Shown piece after piece: positions 1-8,448 of a DNA stretch of 64,000 bases. Under the pieces are notes generated by a model. That model did no database searches. It saw only the letters and a list, made by a program, of their open reading frames with translations, and was not told where the DNA came from. Source of the DNA: Candidatus Eiseniibacteriota bacterium (GTDB taxonomy: Bacteria > Eisenbacteria > RBG-16-71-46 > SZUA-252); contig OY969801.1 in NCBI GenBank assembly GCA_963703225.1, positions 160,001-224,000 on the forward strand. The letters run 5' to 3'. Numbering within the stretch: position 1 is the stretch's first letter; every line of letters begins with the position of its first letter. A program made the position numbers and the translations under genes.

Positions 1-260
1 CGAAGCCACCGGCCGAAGGCGTCCTTGCCCTTGGCCGTGATCGCGTAGACCCGCCGCGTGCGGCCTCCCGCGCGCTCCGAATGGCGGCGGGCCCAACCCG
101 CGGCGGCGAGGTCCCGGAGCGCCGGATAGATCTGCCCGTAACTCTCGCTCCAGAAGTAGGCGGTATTCTGCGCCAGCTCTTTTCGGATTTCATATCCCGA
201 CATGGGAGCCATCCGGAGCAATCCCAAGATCACGTAGGGGGTGGCGCGCCGCGCGAGCAT
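1..260 (-). CDS. PadR-family transcriptional regulator (partial, runs off the window start; absent from ORF track)
   Basis: Manual translation from ATG at 260: MLARRATPYVILGLLRMAPMSGYEIRKELAQNTAYFWSESYGQIYPALRDL...RRVYAITAKGKDAFGRWL. ILGLL..PMSGYEI, S.GQIYP.L and R.VY.IT..G are PadR wHTH hallmarks. Confidence 0.9.
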   Translation of the reverse strand, partial: MLARRATPYVILGLLRMAPMSGYEIRKELAQNTAYFWSESYGQIYPALRDLAAAGWARRHSERAGGRTRRVYAITAKGKDAFGRWL

Positions 261-266
261 CGCGGG

Positions 267-285
267 AGTATATATCTAACAGATA
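267..285 (-). promoter_or_regulatory. padR -10 box (TATACT, 267-272) plus adjacent inverted repeat TATCT-AAC-AGATA (273-285), candidate autoregulatory operator
   Basis: AT-rich patch in a GC-rich genome; the -10 box lies 6 nt before the ATG; a perfect 5-bp inverted repeat sits immediately upstream. Confidence 0.6.
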
Positions 286-371
286 GGTAAAGAGGGGCGC
301 CGAGCCTGCCGGCGGCTCGCCCCTCCGGTTAATTGCCAGCAGGGCAATGGGTTGCGGCATGCGCAGTTTTG

Positions 372-401
372 TTGACCCCTTCCCGCGACACCCGCTATGG
401 T
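372..401 (+). promoter_or_regulatory. sigma-70-type promoter TTGACC-N18-TATGGT for the GNAT gene
   Basis: TTGACC 372-377, TATGGT 396-401, ATG at 407. Confidence 0.55.
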
Positions 402-406
402 ACCGC

Positions 407-835
407 ATGCCTTCCGCAAGGCCCACCCCGGCGCAACATCCAATCGAGTGCAGCGACGACGCCGCGCGGATCGACATGGCGCAGCTCCTCGAGCTCTATC
501 AGATCACCTGGTGGGCGCATGACCGAAGCGTCGACCAGGTTCGTCGGGCGCTCGAGCATTCGCGGCCGATCATCAGCGCGTGGGACGGAGCGCAGATGGT
601 GGGCTTTGCCCGGGTCATTTCGGATCTCACCTATCGCGCGACGATCTGGGATGTGATCGTGCGGCCGTCCCACCAGGGCCGCGGCGTCGGGAAATTGATC
701 CTGCACCGCGTGCTCGAGCATCCCGATCTTCGGACGGTCACCAATTTCCTCCTGCTGACCAAGGACAAGCACGCGTTCTACGAGCGCCTCGGTTTCCGGA
801 CGGAGCCAGGCACGGCGATGACGTTCCGACGGTAG
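407..835 (+). CDS. GNAT-family N-acetyltransferase
   Basis: VGFARVISD..., acetyl-CoA motif V.PSHQGRGVG and FYERLGF. Start chosen at ATG 407 (alternative 347). Confidence 0.88.
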   Translation: MPSARPTPAQHPIECSDDAARIDMAQLLELYQITWWAHDRSVDQVRRALEHSRPIISAWDGAQMVGFARVISDLTYRATIWDVIVRPSHQGRGVGKLILHRVLEHPDLRTVTNFLLLTKDKHAFYERLGFRTEPGTAMTFRR

Positions 836-875
836 CCGGGGCGCCCGCGGAGGATCGTTGGGCGGAGGGGTCGAC

Positions 876-1682
876 ATGAAGGATACAAAGGAAAAGGTCG
901 CCGCTTCGATTCAGGAGGCCAAGGCCGATCTCGAGCGTGCGTTGAGCGAGCTGGAGCACCTGCCCACCTTTGACAGCGGGAGCATCGCGTTCGCGGCCCA
1001 CGCCCTTCACAACTACTTGACCGTGATCAGCGGCACGATCGAGCTTCTCTCTCGCTCTCTCGAGAGCCATCGCGACGTCGACGTCCACCGATGGCTGGAC
1101 GGCCTGCTCCGGACCACCGAGGTCATGGCTCACACCGTGAATCAGATGATGGGGACGGCGGCGGACGCCGGGCCCACCCCCGCCCGCGATCGCGTCGACC
1201 TGCCGATGCTGGTCCGCCGCACCTGTCAATACTACGAGCGGCTCGCTGCTCGGAAGCGGATCCGAATCGTCATGGAAACCGGTAGTGCCGTGCCGCCCGC
1301 CCTGGGCGATCGGCTGGCCATCGCGGCGGCTTTGGACAACCTGCTCTCGAACGCGGTGAAATTTTCCGAGCCCGGGAAGCGCGTCACCGTCGAGGTGCAC
1401 GAGAAGTCGGGCCGCCTGGTCTGCAGCGTCAAGGACGAAGGCCCCGGGCTGAGCGCCGAGGACCAGGCGAAGCTGTTCCAGCGAGGCGCCCAGCTCACCC
1501 CCAAGCCCACGGCGGGCGAGCCCTCCACCGGATACGGGCTCGCCGTGGCGAGGGACTTGATCGAGAAACAGGGCGGGCGGATCTGGTGCGAGAGCCAATT
1601 GGGGCGGGGGGCTCGGTTCTCGTTCGAGCTGCCCAGCTACCGCGAAGCTTCTTCGACGGCCGGCGTGGGTCCCGCCGCTTGA
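876..1682 (+). CDS. Cytoplasmic histidine kinase (HisKA + HATPase_c), no sensor domain
   Basis: H-box AAHALHNYL, N-box NLLSNAVKFS, G1 DEGPG, G2 GYGLAVA; GGAGG upstream of ATG 876. Confidence 0.9.
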   Translation: MKDTKEKVAASIQEAKADLERALSELEHLPTFDSGSIAFAAHALHNYLTVISGTIELLSRSLESHRDVDVHRWLDGLLRTTEVMAHTVNQMMGTAADAGPTPARDRVDLPMLVRRTCQYYERLAARKRIRIVMETGSAVPPALGDRLAIAAALDNLLSNAVKFSEPGKRVTVEVHEKSGRLVCSVKDEGPGLSAEDQAKLFQRGAQLTPKPTAGEPSTGYGLAVARDLIEKQGGRIWCESQLGRGARFSFELPSYREASSTAGVGPAA

Positions 1683-1744
1683 CCCCCGCCAAACGCGCCG
1701 CGAGGAACGATACCCACCGTGCAGCTCATAGGGAGGCGAACGGA

Positions 1745-3076
1745 ATGGAGAGCTTGAAGACGGCCAAGGACGTCGTGAAATTCTGTGAGGAGCGTGGAGT
1801 GGAGATGATCCACCTGTGGTTCGTGGATATCCTCGGCCAGCTCAAAGCGGTGGCGATCACCCTGCGCGAGCTGGGCGTGGCGCTCGCGGAAGGGGTGGGG
1901 GTGGACGGCTCCTCGGTCGAGGGCTTTGCCCGGATCTATGAGAGCGACCTCGTCGCCATGCCCGATATCTCCACGTTCCAGCTGCTCCCGTGGAAGGTGA
2001 ACGGCGAAAACGTCGGCCGAATCATCTGCGACATCTTCAATCCCGACGGCTCCCATTACATGGGCGATACGCGCTACGTATTGAAGCGGCTCGGGAAGAA
2101 GCTGGAGAAAGAGGGCTACACGGCCTACCTGGGGCCGGAGCTTGAGTACTTCTACTTCAAGGGACTCAAGGATCGGACGCTCCTCGACGCGGCGGGGTAC
2201 TTCGACCAGGTTCCCGACGACATCGGGACCGAGCTCAGGTCGCGGACGGTGGAGGCGCTCCAGGCGATGGAGATCTCCGTGGAGGCTTCCCACCACGAGG
2301 TGGCGCACAGCCAGCACGAGATCGACCTCCGCTACGCAGACGCGCTCAAGATGGCCGACCAGACGATCACCTACCGATACGTCGTCAAGGAGATCGCGCG
2401 GCAGAGCGGATACTACGCGACCTTCATGCCCAAGCCCGTGCACGGCCAGAACGGAAGCGGCATGCACGTCCACCAGTCGCTCTTCAAGGCGGGCAAGAAC
2501 GTCTTCTTCGACGCCAAGGACAAGCACCACCTCTCCAAGAACGGGCGCGCGTACCTCGCGGGGCTTCTCACCCACATGCGGGAGATCTCGTCCATCACCA
2601 ACCAGTGGGTGAACTCGTACAAGCGTTTGGTTCCGGGATTCGAGGCCCCGGTCTACATCGCCTGGGGACAGCGGAACCGCTCCGCGCTCGTCCGTGTACC
2701 CATGTACAAGCCCGGGAAGGAAAAGGCGACCCGGATCGAGCTTCGCTGCCCGGATCCGGCCTGCAACCCCTACCTCGCCTTCTCGGTCTGCCTCGCGGCC
2801 GGCCTCAAGGGGATCGACGCGGGCTATACGCTCCGGCCTCCGGTCGAAGACGATATCTACGAGATGGACGCGCACGAGCGGAAGGAGCACGACATCGAGA
2901 GCCTCCCGGGGAGTCTGTTCGAGGCGCTTGAGCTGACGGCGAAATCGAAGCTCGTGAAGGAGACGCTCGGAGAGCACGTCTACACGAAATTCCTAGAGAA
3001 TAAGCGCATCGAATGGGACAATTACCGCACATGGGTCACCGACTATGAGCTCAACGAGTACTACCCCATTCTCTAG
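1745..3076 (+). CDS. glnA: Glutamine synthetase type I (GSI-alpha-like, 443 aa)
   Basis: DGSSVEGF, HHEVA..QHEI, ATFMPKP..GQNGSGMHVHQSL, NSYKRLVPGFEAP, NRSALVRVP, RIELRCPDP..NPYLA; SD GGGAGG. Confidence 0.95.
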   Translation: MESLKTAKDVVKFCEERGVEMIHLWFVDILGQLKAVAITLRELGVALAEGVGVDGSSVEGFARIYESDLVAMPDISTFQLLPWKVNGENVGRIICDIFNPDGSHYMGDTRYVLKRLGKKLEKEGYTAYLGPELEYFYFKGLKDRTLLDAAGYFDQVPDDIGTELRSRTVEALQAMEISVEASHHEVAHSQHEIDLRYADALKMADQTITYRYVVKEIARQSGYYATFMPKPVHGQNGSGMHVHQSLFKAGKNVFFDAKDKHHLSKNGRAYLAGLLTHMREISSITNQWVNSYKRLVPGFEAPVYIAWGQRNRSALVRVPMYKPGKEKATRIELRCPDPACNPYLAFSVCLAAGLKGIDAGYTLRPPVEDDIYEMDAHERKEHDIESLPGSLFEALELTAKSKLVKETLGEHVYTKFLENKRIEWDNYRTWVTDYELNEYYPIL

Positions 3077-3629
3077 GACGCTTGCCGCCGCGCTCGCGGT
3101 GGCGCTCGTGCTCTCCTCGGGCTGCGGTAAAGGCGGCCCGAGGGAGCACGGAGGCGAAGCCACATCCGCCGGCGGATCCGCGGGAGCCGGTGGTTCTCCG
3201 GGCGCGGTCGGGACCGTCGGCGCGGCGTACGCGCTTCCCGATCTCGAAGGGAACATCGTCAAGAACACCGACTTCCTCGGCAAGGTCGTGATCCTCGATT
3301 TCTGGGCCACCTGGTGCGGGCCCTGCCGGATGGAGATCCCGCACTTTATCGAGCTGCAGAAGAAGTACAAGGATCAGGGGCTGGAAATCGTGGGGCTCTC
3401 CCTCGACGACGGGGGCGCCAAGGATGTGAAGCCGTTTGCCGACGAGCACGGGATCAACTACACGATGCTCATCGCGAACGGCGAGACGGCCAAGGCCTAC
3501 GGCGGCATCAGTGGAATTCCGACCACGTTCGTCGTCGACAAGAGCGGGAAGATCGTGAATCGGTTCCTCGGCTACACCGATCCCAGCGTCTTCGAGACCA
3601 CGATCCAACCCCTGCTCGCGGCCAACTAG
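3045..3629 (+). CDS. TlpA/ResA-family thiol-disulfide oxidoreductase lipoprotein
   Basis: Lipobox LSSGC; DFWATWCGPCRMEIP; GIPTTFVVDKSG. Confidence 0.9.
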   Translation: MSSTSTTPFSRTLAAALAVALVLSSGCGKGGPREHGGEATSAGGSAGAGGSPGAVGTVGAAYALPDLEGNIVKNTDFLGKVVILDFWATWCGPCRMEIPHFIELQKKYKDQGLEIVGLSLDDGGAKDVKPFADEHGINYTMLIANGETAKAYGGISGIPTTFVVDKSGKIVNRFLGYTDPSVFETTIQPLLAAN

Positions 3630-3659
3630 CGCCCTCCGCCGAAAGCCCCGGATCGCTCC

Positions 3660-4400
3660 GTGTTCGACGCCCACTTGAACCAGGTTTCCCTGATCGCGGC
3701 GTTTCTGGCCGGCGTCGCCTCGTTTGTCTCGCCCTGCGTGCTCCCGCTCGTTCCTTCCTACATCACGTTCATCACGGGGCTCTCCTTTGACGAGCTGACG
3801 GCCAAGGATCAGGGGCCCCGCGTCCGGCGATTGACGCTGGTCCACTCGCTCGCCTTCATCCTCGGCTTCTCCATCGTCTTCGTGGCGCTGGGGGCGACGG
3901 CCACGGCGGCGGGGCAGTTCCTCCGCGAGCACCAGGACACGCTCCGCATCGCCGGCGGCGTCCTCATCGTCTTTTTCGGGATCTACCTCACCGGGATCAT
4001 TCCCATTCCGTTTCTCTCCCGGCAGCAGAAATTCCAGTGGAGCGGGAAGCCGTTCGGGGTCCTCGGCTCCGTGCTCGTGGGCGTCACCTTCGCGGCCGGA
4101 TGGACTCCCTGCATCGGCCCGATCCTCGCCTCGATCCTCCTCTACGCCAGCACCGCGGGCACCGTCGGCTCCGGGATCCTGCTCCTCAGCGTCTATTCGC
4201 TGGGATTGGGCGTCCCGTTTCTCCTCGCGTCGCTCGGGATGAACTCGTTTCTGGCCGCATCGAGCCGTCTCCGTCGCTCACTTCGCACGATCGAGGTGGT
4301 GAGCGGTGCAATTTTGATTGTCTTTGGTCTCGCGCTTGTCACGAACGTCTTCTCGCACTTCGTTTCGTTCCTCGCACGCTATCTTCCCGCGATCGGCTGA
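3660..4400 (+). CDS. ccdA: Cytochrome c biogenesis protein CcdA
   Basis: SFVSPCVLPLVP and GWTPCIGPIL motifs; about 6 TM helices; follows TlpA. Confidence 0.92.
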   Translation: MFDAHLNQVSLIAAFLAGVASFVSPCVLPLVPSYITFITGLSFDELTAKDQGPRVRRLTLVHSLAFILGFSIVFVALGATATAAGQFLREHQDTLRIAGGVLIVFFGIYLTGIIPIPFLSRQQKFQWSGKPFGVLGSVLVGVTFAAGWTPCIGPILASILLYASTAGTVGSGILLLSVYSLGLGVPFLLASLGMNSFLAASSRLRRSLRTIEVVSGAILIVFGLALVTNVFSHFVSFLARYLPAIG

Positions 4401-4543
4401 CGCTCCGCCCTAAACATTCGCGTCGAAAAACCGATAGGTCACTCGTGGGGCCACAAGGAGGGGGAGCCCCTTTGAGACTCGGTCCACGCGAATGGAATCC
4501 TCTCCCTGGGGCCGGGCTCCGGGCCCGACTCCGGAACGAGGCG

Positions 4544-5716
4544 ATGGCGACCAAAACACGAGCACCCAGCCAACCCAACGTCATCACTCCCGCGTCGGAA
4601 TCGCTCCCGGGCGCGCTCGCGCTCCTCACCGGGCTCAACCAAGTCGCGCGATCCCTCGTCCCCTTTGAAGCCGGCAATACGTCGCTCGCGCAGGTGGTCG
4701 AAGGCGCGAGCCGCATCCTCCACCCCGACGGCATCGCCATCCTCGTGAGGGACCGCGAAGGCGAGTACGTCTTCAAGGTGGTCGACGGCGTGCTCTCCGA
4801 GTGGAATCACTTCGTTCTCTCGGGGGGAGGCATCGAGCTTCTGGACGGGCTCTTGGCCCGCGACTCCGTCACCCTCTTTCAGCGCAAGCAGCGCACCCCC
4901 TGGGCGCGCGAGTTCCTCTTTGCCGCGGGCATGACGTGGGGCGCGCTCGCGCCGATCCGGGTTCAGGGGGAAATGATCGGGGCGCTCCTCGTGAACCACT
5001 CCAAGCCGCTCCCCTTCCGCGCCGAGCACATCGCGGCGTTGCGGGGATTGGCCACGCTCGCCGGCGTCGCGGAACGCGAGGACAGTCACCGCGCCCATCT
5101 GGAAGAGCTATTCATGAGCGTGATCGTCTCGCTCACGATGGCCCTCGAAGCCAAGGATCCCGACACCGAGGGGCATTCGGTTCGGGTCGCGGCGTATTCC
5201 GAGGCGATCGGCAAGGAGCTGGGCCTGCCGCCCAAGGCGCTCGACGTAATCCACCGCGCCTGCCTTGTCCACGACATCGGAAAGATCGCGGTGGACGAAA
5301 ACATCCTCACCAAGCAGCTTCCGTTGAACACCCTCGAGCGCGAGAAGATGGACATGCACCCGCTGATCGGGGAGAGCATTCTTCGCCCCATCGCCTTGCT
5401 TCGGCCCCTGCTCCCGGGCGTGCGCTCGCACCACGAGCACTACGACGGGACCGGCTATCCGGACGGGCTGGCAGGTGAGGCGATCCCGATCGAAGCGCGG
5501 ATCATGGCGGTGGCCGACGCGTTCGACGCCATGACGTCAAATCGTCCGTACCGAAACGCGCTGCCCGAAGAGGACGCCTTGGTCGAGCTGCGGCGGAACG
5601 CCGGGACCCACTTTGATCCGCGGGTGGTCGCCGCGTTCGAGCAGATTTATCCCGCCGTCAAGCGGACGCTGGAGCACATGCGCCCGCGCGCGGCCCGGAT
5701 CAGCGGCCGGGATTGA
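4544..5716 (+). CDS. GAF + HD-GYP phosphodiesterase
   Basis: AKDPDTEGHS.RV, HDIGK, HHEHYDGTGYPDGL, AVADAFDAMTSNRPYR; GAF-like N-terminus; start inferred at ATG 4544. Confidence 0.88.
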   Translation: MATKTRAPSQPNVITPASESLPGALALLTGLNQVARSLVPFEAGNTSLAQVVEGASRILHPDGIAILVRDREGEYVFKVVDGVLSEWNHFVLSGGGIELLDGLLARDSVTLFQRKQRTPWAREFLFAAGMTWGALAPIRVQGEMIGALLVNHSKPLPFRAEHIAALRGLATLAGVAEREDSHRAHLEELFMSVIVSLTMALEAKDPDTEGHSVRVAAYSEAIGKELGLPPKALDVIHRACLVHDIGKIAVDENILTKQLPLNTLEREKMDMHPLIGESILRPIALLRPLLPGVRSHHEHYDGTGYPDGLAGEAIPIEARIMAVADAFDAMTSNRPYRNALPEEDALVELRRNAGTHFDPRVVAAFEQIYPAVKRTLEHMRPRAARISGRD

Positions 5717-6158
5717 TACGGGCTTTGCGGAGGACGACCGTGGTCCCATGGTCGTCCCGGGTGCGGAAGGTCACCTCGTCCATGAGCTCTCTCATCAAAT
5801 AGAGACCCCTCCCGTGGGGGCTCAAGAGCCTCGATTCATCGGTCGGATTCAGCACCTTCCCCGGATCGAAACCCTGCCCAAAGTCGTCCACCCTCACGTG
5901 AATGTCCCTGGGATCGACGGTGAAGTCGAACGTCACCGACTTGTCCTTGGCGAATGCGTTGCCGTGCTGAATGGCGTTCGTCCCCGCCTCGATGACCGCG
6001 ATCTGGAGCGCGTTCACGGTCTCTTCGTCCAGGTGGTGCTGGCGGGCGAGCGCTTCGATGGCGGAGTAGACTTCGGAGAGCTCTTCGAGACGGCTCCCGA
6101 TCGTGAGCCGGGTGGTGTCGCCCGAATTGCGCGAAGGGTTCCTGGGGGCGGCGCCCAT
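5700..6158 (-). CDS. RsbW-like anti-sigma factor / serine kinase (HATPase_c_2)
   Basis: AVIEAGTNAIQHGN, DFGQGFDP, HGRGLYLMRELMDEV. Confidence 0.9.
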   Translation of the reverse strand: MGAAPRNPSRNSGDTTRLTIGSRLEELSEVYSAIEALARQHHLDEETVNALQIAVIEAGTNAIQHGNAFAKDKSVTFDFTVDPRDIHVRVDDFGQGFDPGKVLNPTDESRLLSPHGRGLYLMRELMDEVTFRTRDDHGTTVVLRKARINPGR

Positions 6159-6164
6159 GCGATT

Positions 6165-6173
6165 AATGTAACA
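6165..6173 (-). promoter_or_regulatory. Extended -10 (TGt-TACATT) 6 nt upstream of the rsbW-like ATG
   Basis: Minus strand reads TGTTACATT-AATCGC-ATG; no SD. Confidence 0.5.
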
Positions 6174-6215
6174 GAATGGCCCGGAATGAGGGCACTGGTT
6201 TGACCTCCCAGGATT

Positions 6216-8444
6216 CTAGTTGGCCTTCAGGGCGACGAGCGTGATGTCGTCCATCTGATCGGCGCCGTCGCTGAACCGGGTCACTTCTTCGGATATGGCG
6301 CGCACGATCTCATCGGCCGTCAGCCGATCCGGCAGCCGCTCGACCAGGGAGATCAGGCGCTCCTCCCCAAAGTCCTCGCCGAGTCGGTTTCGCGCGTCGG
6401 TGATCCCGTCGGTGTACATGACCAGCGCGTCTCCGGGCTCTAGCACGGCCTTCCCCTGCGTGTAGACCACCCCGGGCTCGATCCCCAAGGGGATGCCCCC
6501 CTCGTCCAGGAATCGGCATGCGCCGTTCGCGGATCGGATGATCGGATAGTTGTGTCCCGCGTTCGAAAAGGAGAAGGCTGAGCCGTCCGCGGTCACCTCG
6601 GCCAGGACGCAGGTCGCGAAGCGGTCTTCCGTCGTGGCCTGGTGCACCAGGCGGTTGAGCCGCCCCATCAGCTCTCCCACGGGACGTCGGTCGAGCGCCT
6701 GGGTGCGGATGACGGCCTGGACCATCGAGGCGAGGAGCGCCGCGGGGACCCCCTTTCCGGCCACGTCCGCGATCGCGACCAGGTAGCAGCCCTCTCCCAG
6801 GTCGACCGTGTCGTAGTAGTCGCCGCCCACGGCCTTGCTGGGCGCATTGAGCCCAGCCAAGGAAAATCCCGACGTCAGGGGCAGGCGGCTCGGCAGGAAC
6901 TGCCGTTGAATGCGGCGCGCGACGGCCAGCTCCTCCTCGAGGATTGTTTTTTCCAGGCTGTCCCGGTAGAGAAAGGAGTTCGTCACCGCGACGCTCGTCT
7001 GGTTGGTGAGCGTCTGCAAGAGAGACACCTCGGCGGCCGTGTAACGGCGCTCCGTGATCTTTCGGCCCAGGGCCACCAGCCCCAAGAAATTTCCCGCGTA
7101 GCGAAGCGGGAGGATCAGGTGGGGCTCCGTCGCCAGGAGCGGGGCGAGCGCTCCCTGCTCCCCGCGGTCGCGCGCCAGCGGGGCGACCTCCTCCCGGCGG
7201 AGGATCTCGTTTCCTTCCAGGAAGCGGAGGAGGGAGGCGCGCGGGATCGCCGCGATGGCGGGAAGATCGACCCCGCCGCCAAAACCCCACGCGGAAGACT
7301 CGCGCAGCTCCGGCGCGACCAGGAGCACCGTGGTCCTCGCCGGGACGCCCTCGCGGAGGGTGCCGAGAAGCTTTTCCGCGAGCGTTCCCAGGTCGAGCAC
7401 GGTCAGGACCTCGCCGCTCACCCGCCGCATGATGGTGCGCAGATCTCCGCGGTCGCGCAGGAAGTAGCGGTCGAGCGTCTCCTCCAGCCAGGAGAAGACC
7501 GGCTGGAAGAGCACCAGCGCGAGCATCAGGAAGACGGTCTGGAAGATCGTTGTGTCGACCCCCGCCACCGTCTCCAAGAGCGAGTCGAGCCTGCGGACGA
7601 TCAGCACGTAGACGCCGAACAGGAACACCGATGTGACGGCATAGAGGATCGACTTCCGGGCGATCACGTTCGCGTCGAGGAATCGGTAGCGAACCATGGA
7701 GTAGGCGATGGCCCCGGAGCCGAGCATGAGCGCGAATACGATCAGGCTGGACCGAACCAGGGGCGGCCAGAAGAAATTGAGGAGCACCGGAATCGGAACG
7801 GCCAAGGCGTAGACTCCGGCGCACGACGCGAGCCCGATGAGGATCGTGCGAACCTGGTTCCGGATTCTGGGATTGTCGCTCTGCCGGAAGCTGATCCAGA
7901 GGATGGTGAGCGCGGCGGCGATGTAGCAGATGTTGACCAGCGAGAAGAGGATCTGATGGAACCCGAATATGAGCTGGATCGGAAGTCGGCCGTACTCGAC
8001 GACCTTGGCGCCGAGAGGGTTCCTCGCGATGTTGGCGGCCACCTGTCCCCACCACGCGCCCTGGGTCTGGAGGATCATGAGCATGAGGTGAAACACGTGC
8101 GGCGCGAAGATCCAGAACGCCGCGAGCGGAACCCGCCGGTAGACCCGGTTCAGCTTGGGGTAGACGCAGGCGAAATAGAGAAGCGAGGGGAAGAAGAACT
8201 CCCAGAGGTAGTTGAAGGAGCGGAGGAGGTCGTTCGATCCCGCGCGGCTCGGCCCCATGCTGTTCACCACGAAGCCGATGGCGCCGAGGACCGAACCGAT
8301 CCCGCCCGAGAAGAGCATCAGCGCGGTGGCGCGGTTCGCGCGCTCCCGCGGCGCTTCTCGAAGGATGACGATGCCGAGAAGGATGACGAGGGCGCCGACC
8401 AGAAGGTAGATCAGGGTGATCGGCGTGTTTCCCACGGCGCTCAT
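6216..8444 (-). CDS. Membrane-bound RsbU/SpoIIE-type PP2C phosphatase (multi-TM sensor + GAF + SpoIIE)
   Basis: ELAVARRIQRQFLP, VGGDYYD, IADVAGKGVPAAL, NAGHNYP, YTDGITDA, DDITLV; hydrophobic N-terminal half. Confidence 0.92.
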   Translation of the reverse strand: MSAVGNTPITLIYLLVGALVILLGIVILREAPRERANRATALMLFSGGIGSVLGAIGFVVNSMGPSRAGSNDLLRSFNYLWEFFFPSLLYFACVYPKLNRVYRRVPLAAFWIFAPHVFHLMLMILQTQGAWWGQVAANIARNPLGAKVVEYGRLPIQLIFGFHQILFSLVNICYIAAALTILWISFRQSDNPRIRNQVRTILIGLASCAGVYALAVPIPVLLNFFWPPLVRSSLIVFALMLGSGAIAYSMVRYRFLDANVIARKSILYAVTSVFLFGVYVLIVRRLDSLLETVAGVDTTIFQTVFLMLALVLFQPVFSWLEETLDRYFLRDRGDLRTIMRRVSGEVLTVLDLGTLAEKLLGTLREGVPARTTVLLVAPELRESSAWGFGGGVDLPAIAAIPRASLLRFLEGNEILRREEVAPLARDRGEQGALAPLLATEPHLILPLRYAGNFLGLVALGRKITERRYTAAEVSLLQTLTNQTSVAVTNSFLYRDSLEKTILEEELAVARRIQRQFLPSRLPLTSGFSLAGLNAPSKAVGGDYYDTVDLGEGCYLVAIADVAGKGVPAALLASMVQAVIRTQALDRRPVGELMGRLNRLVHQATTEDRFATCVLAEVTADGSAFSFSNAGHNYPIIRSANGACRFLDEGGIPLGIEPGVVYTQGKAVLEPGDALVMYTDGITDARNRLGEDFGEERLISLVERLPDRLTADEIVRAISEEVTRFSDGADQMDDITLVALKAN

Positions 8445-8448
8445 GAAC

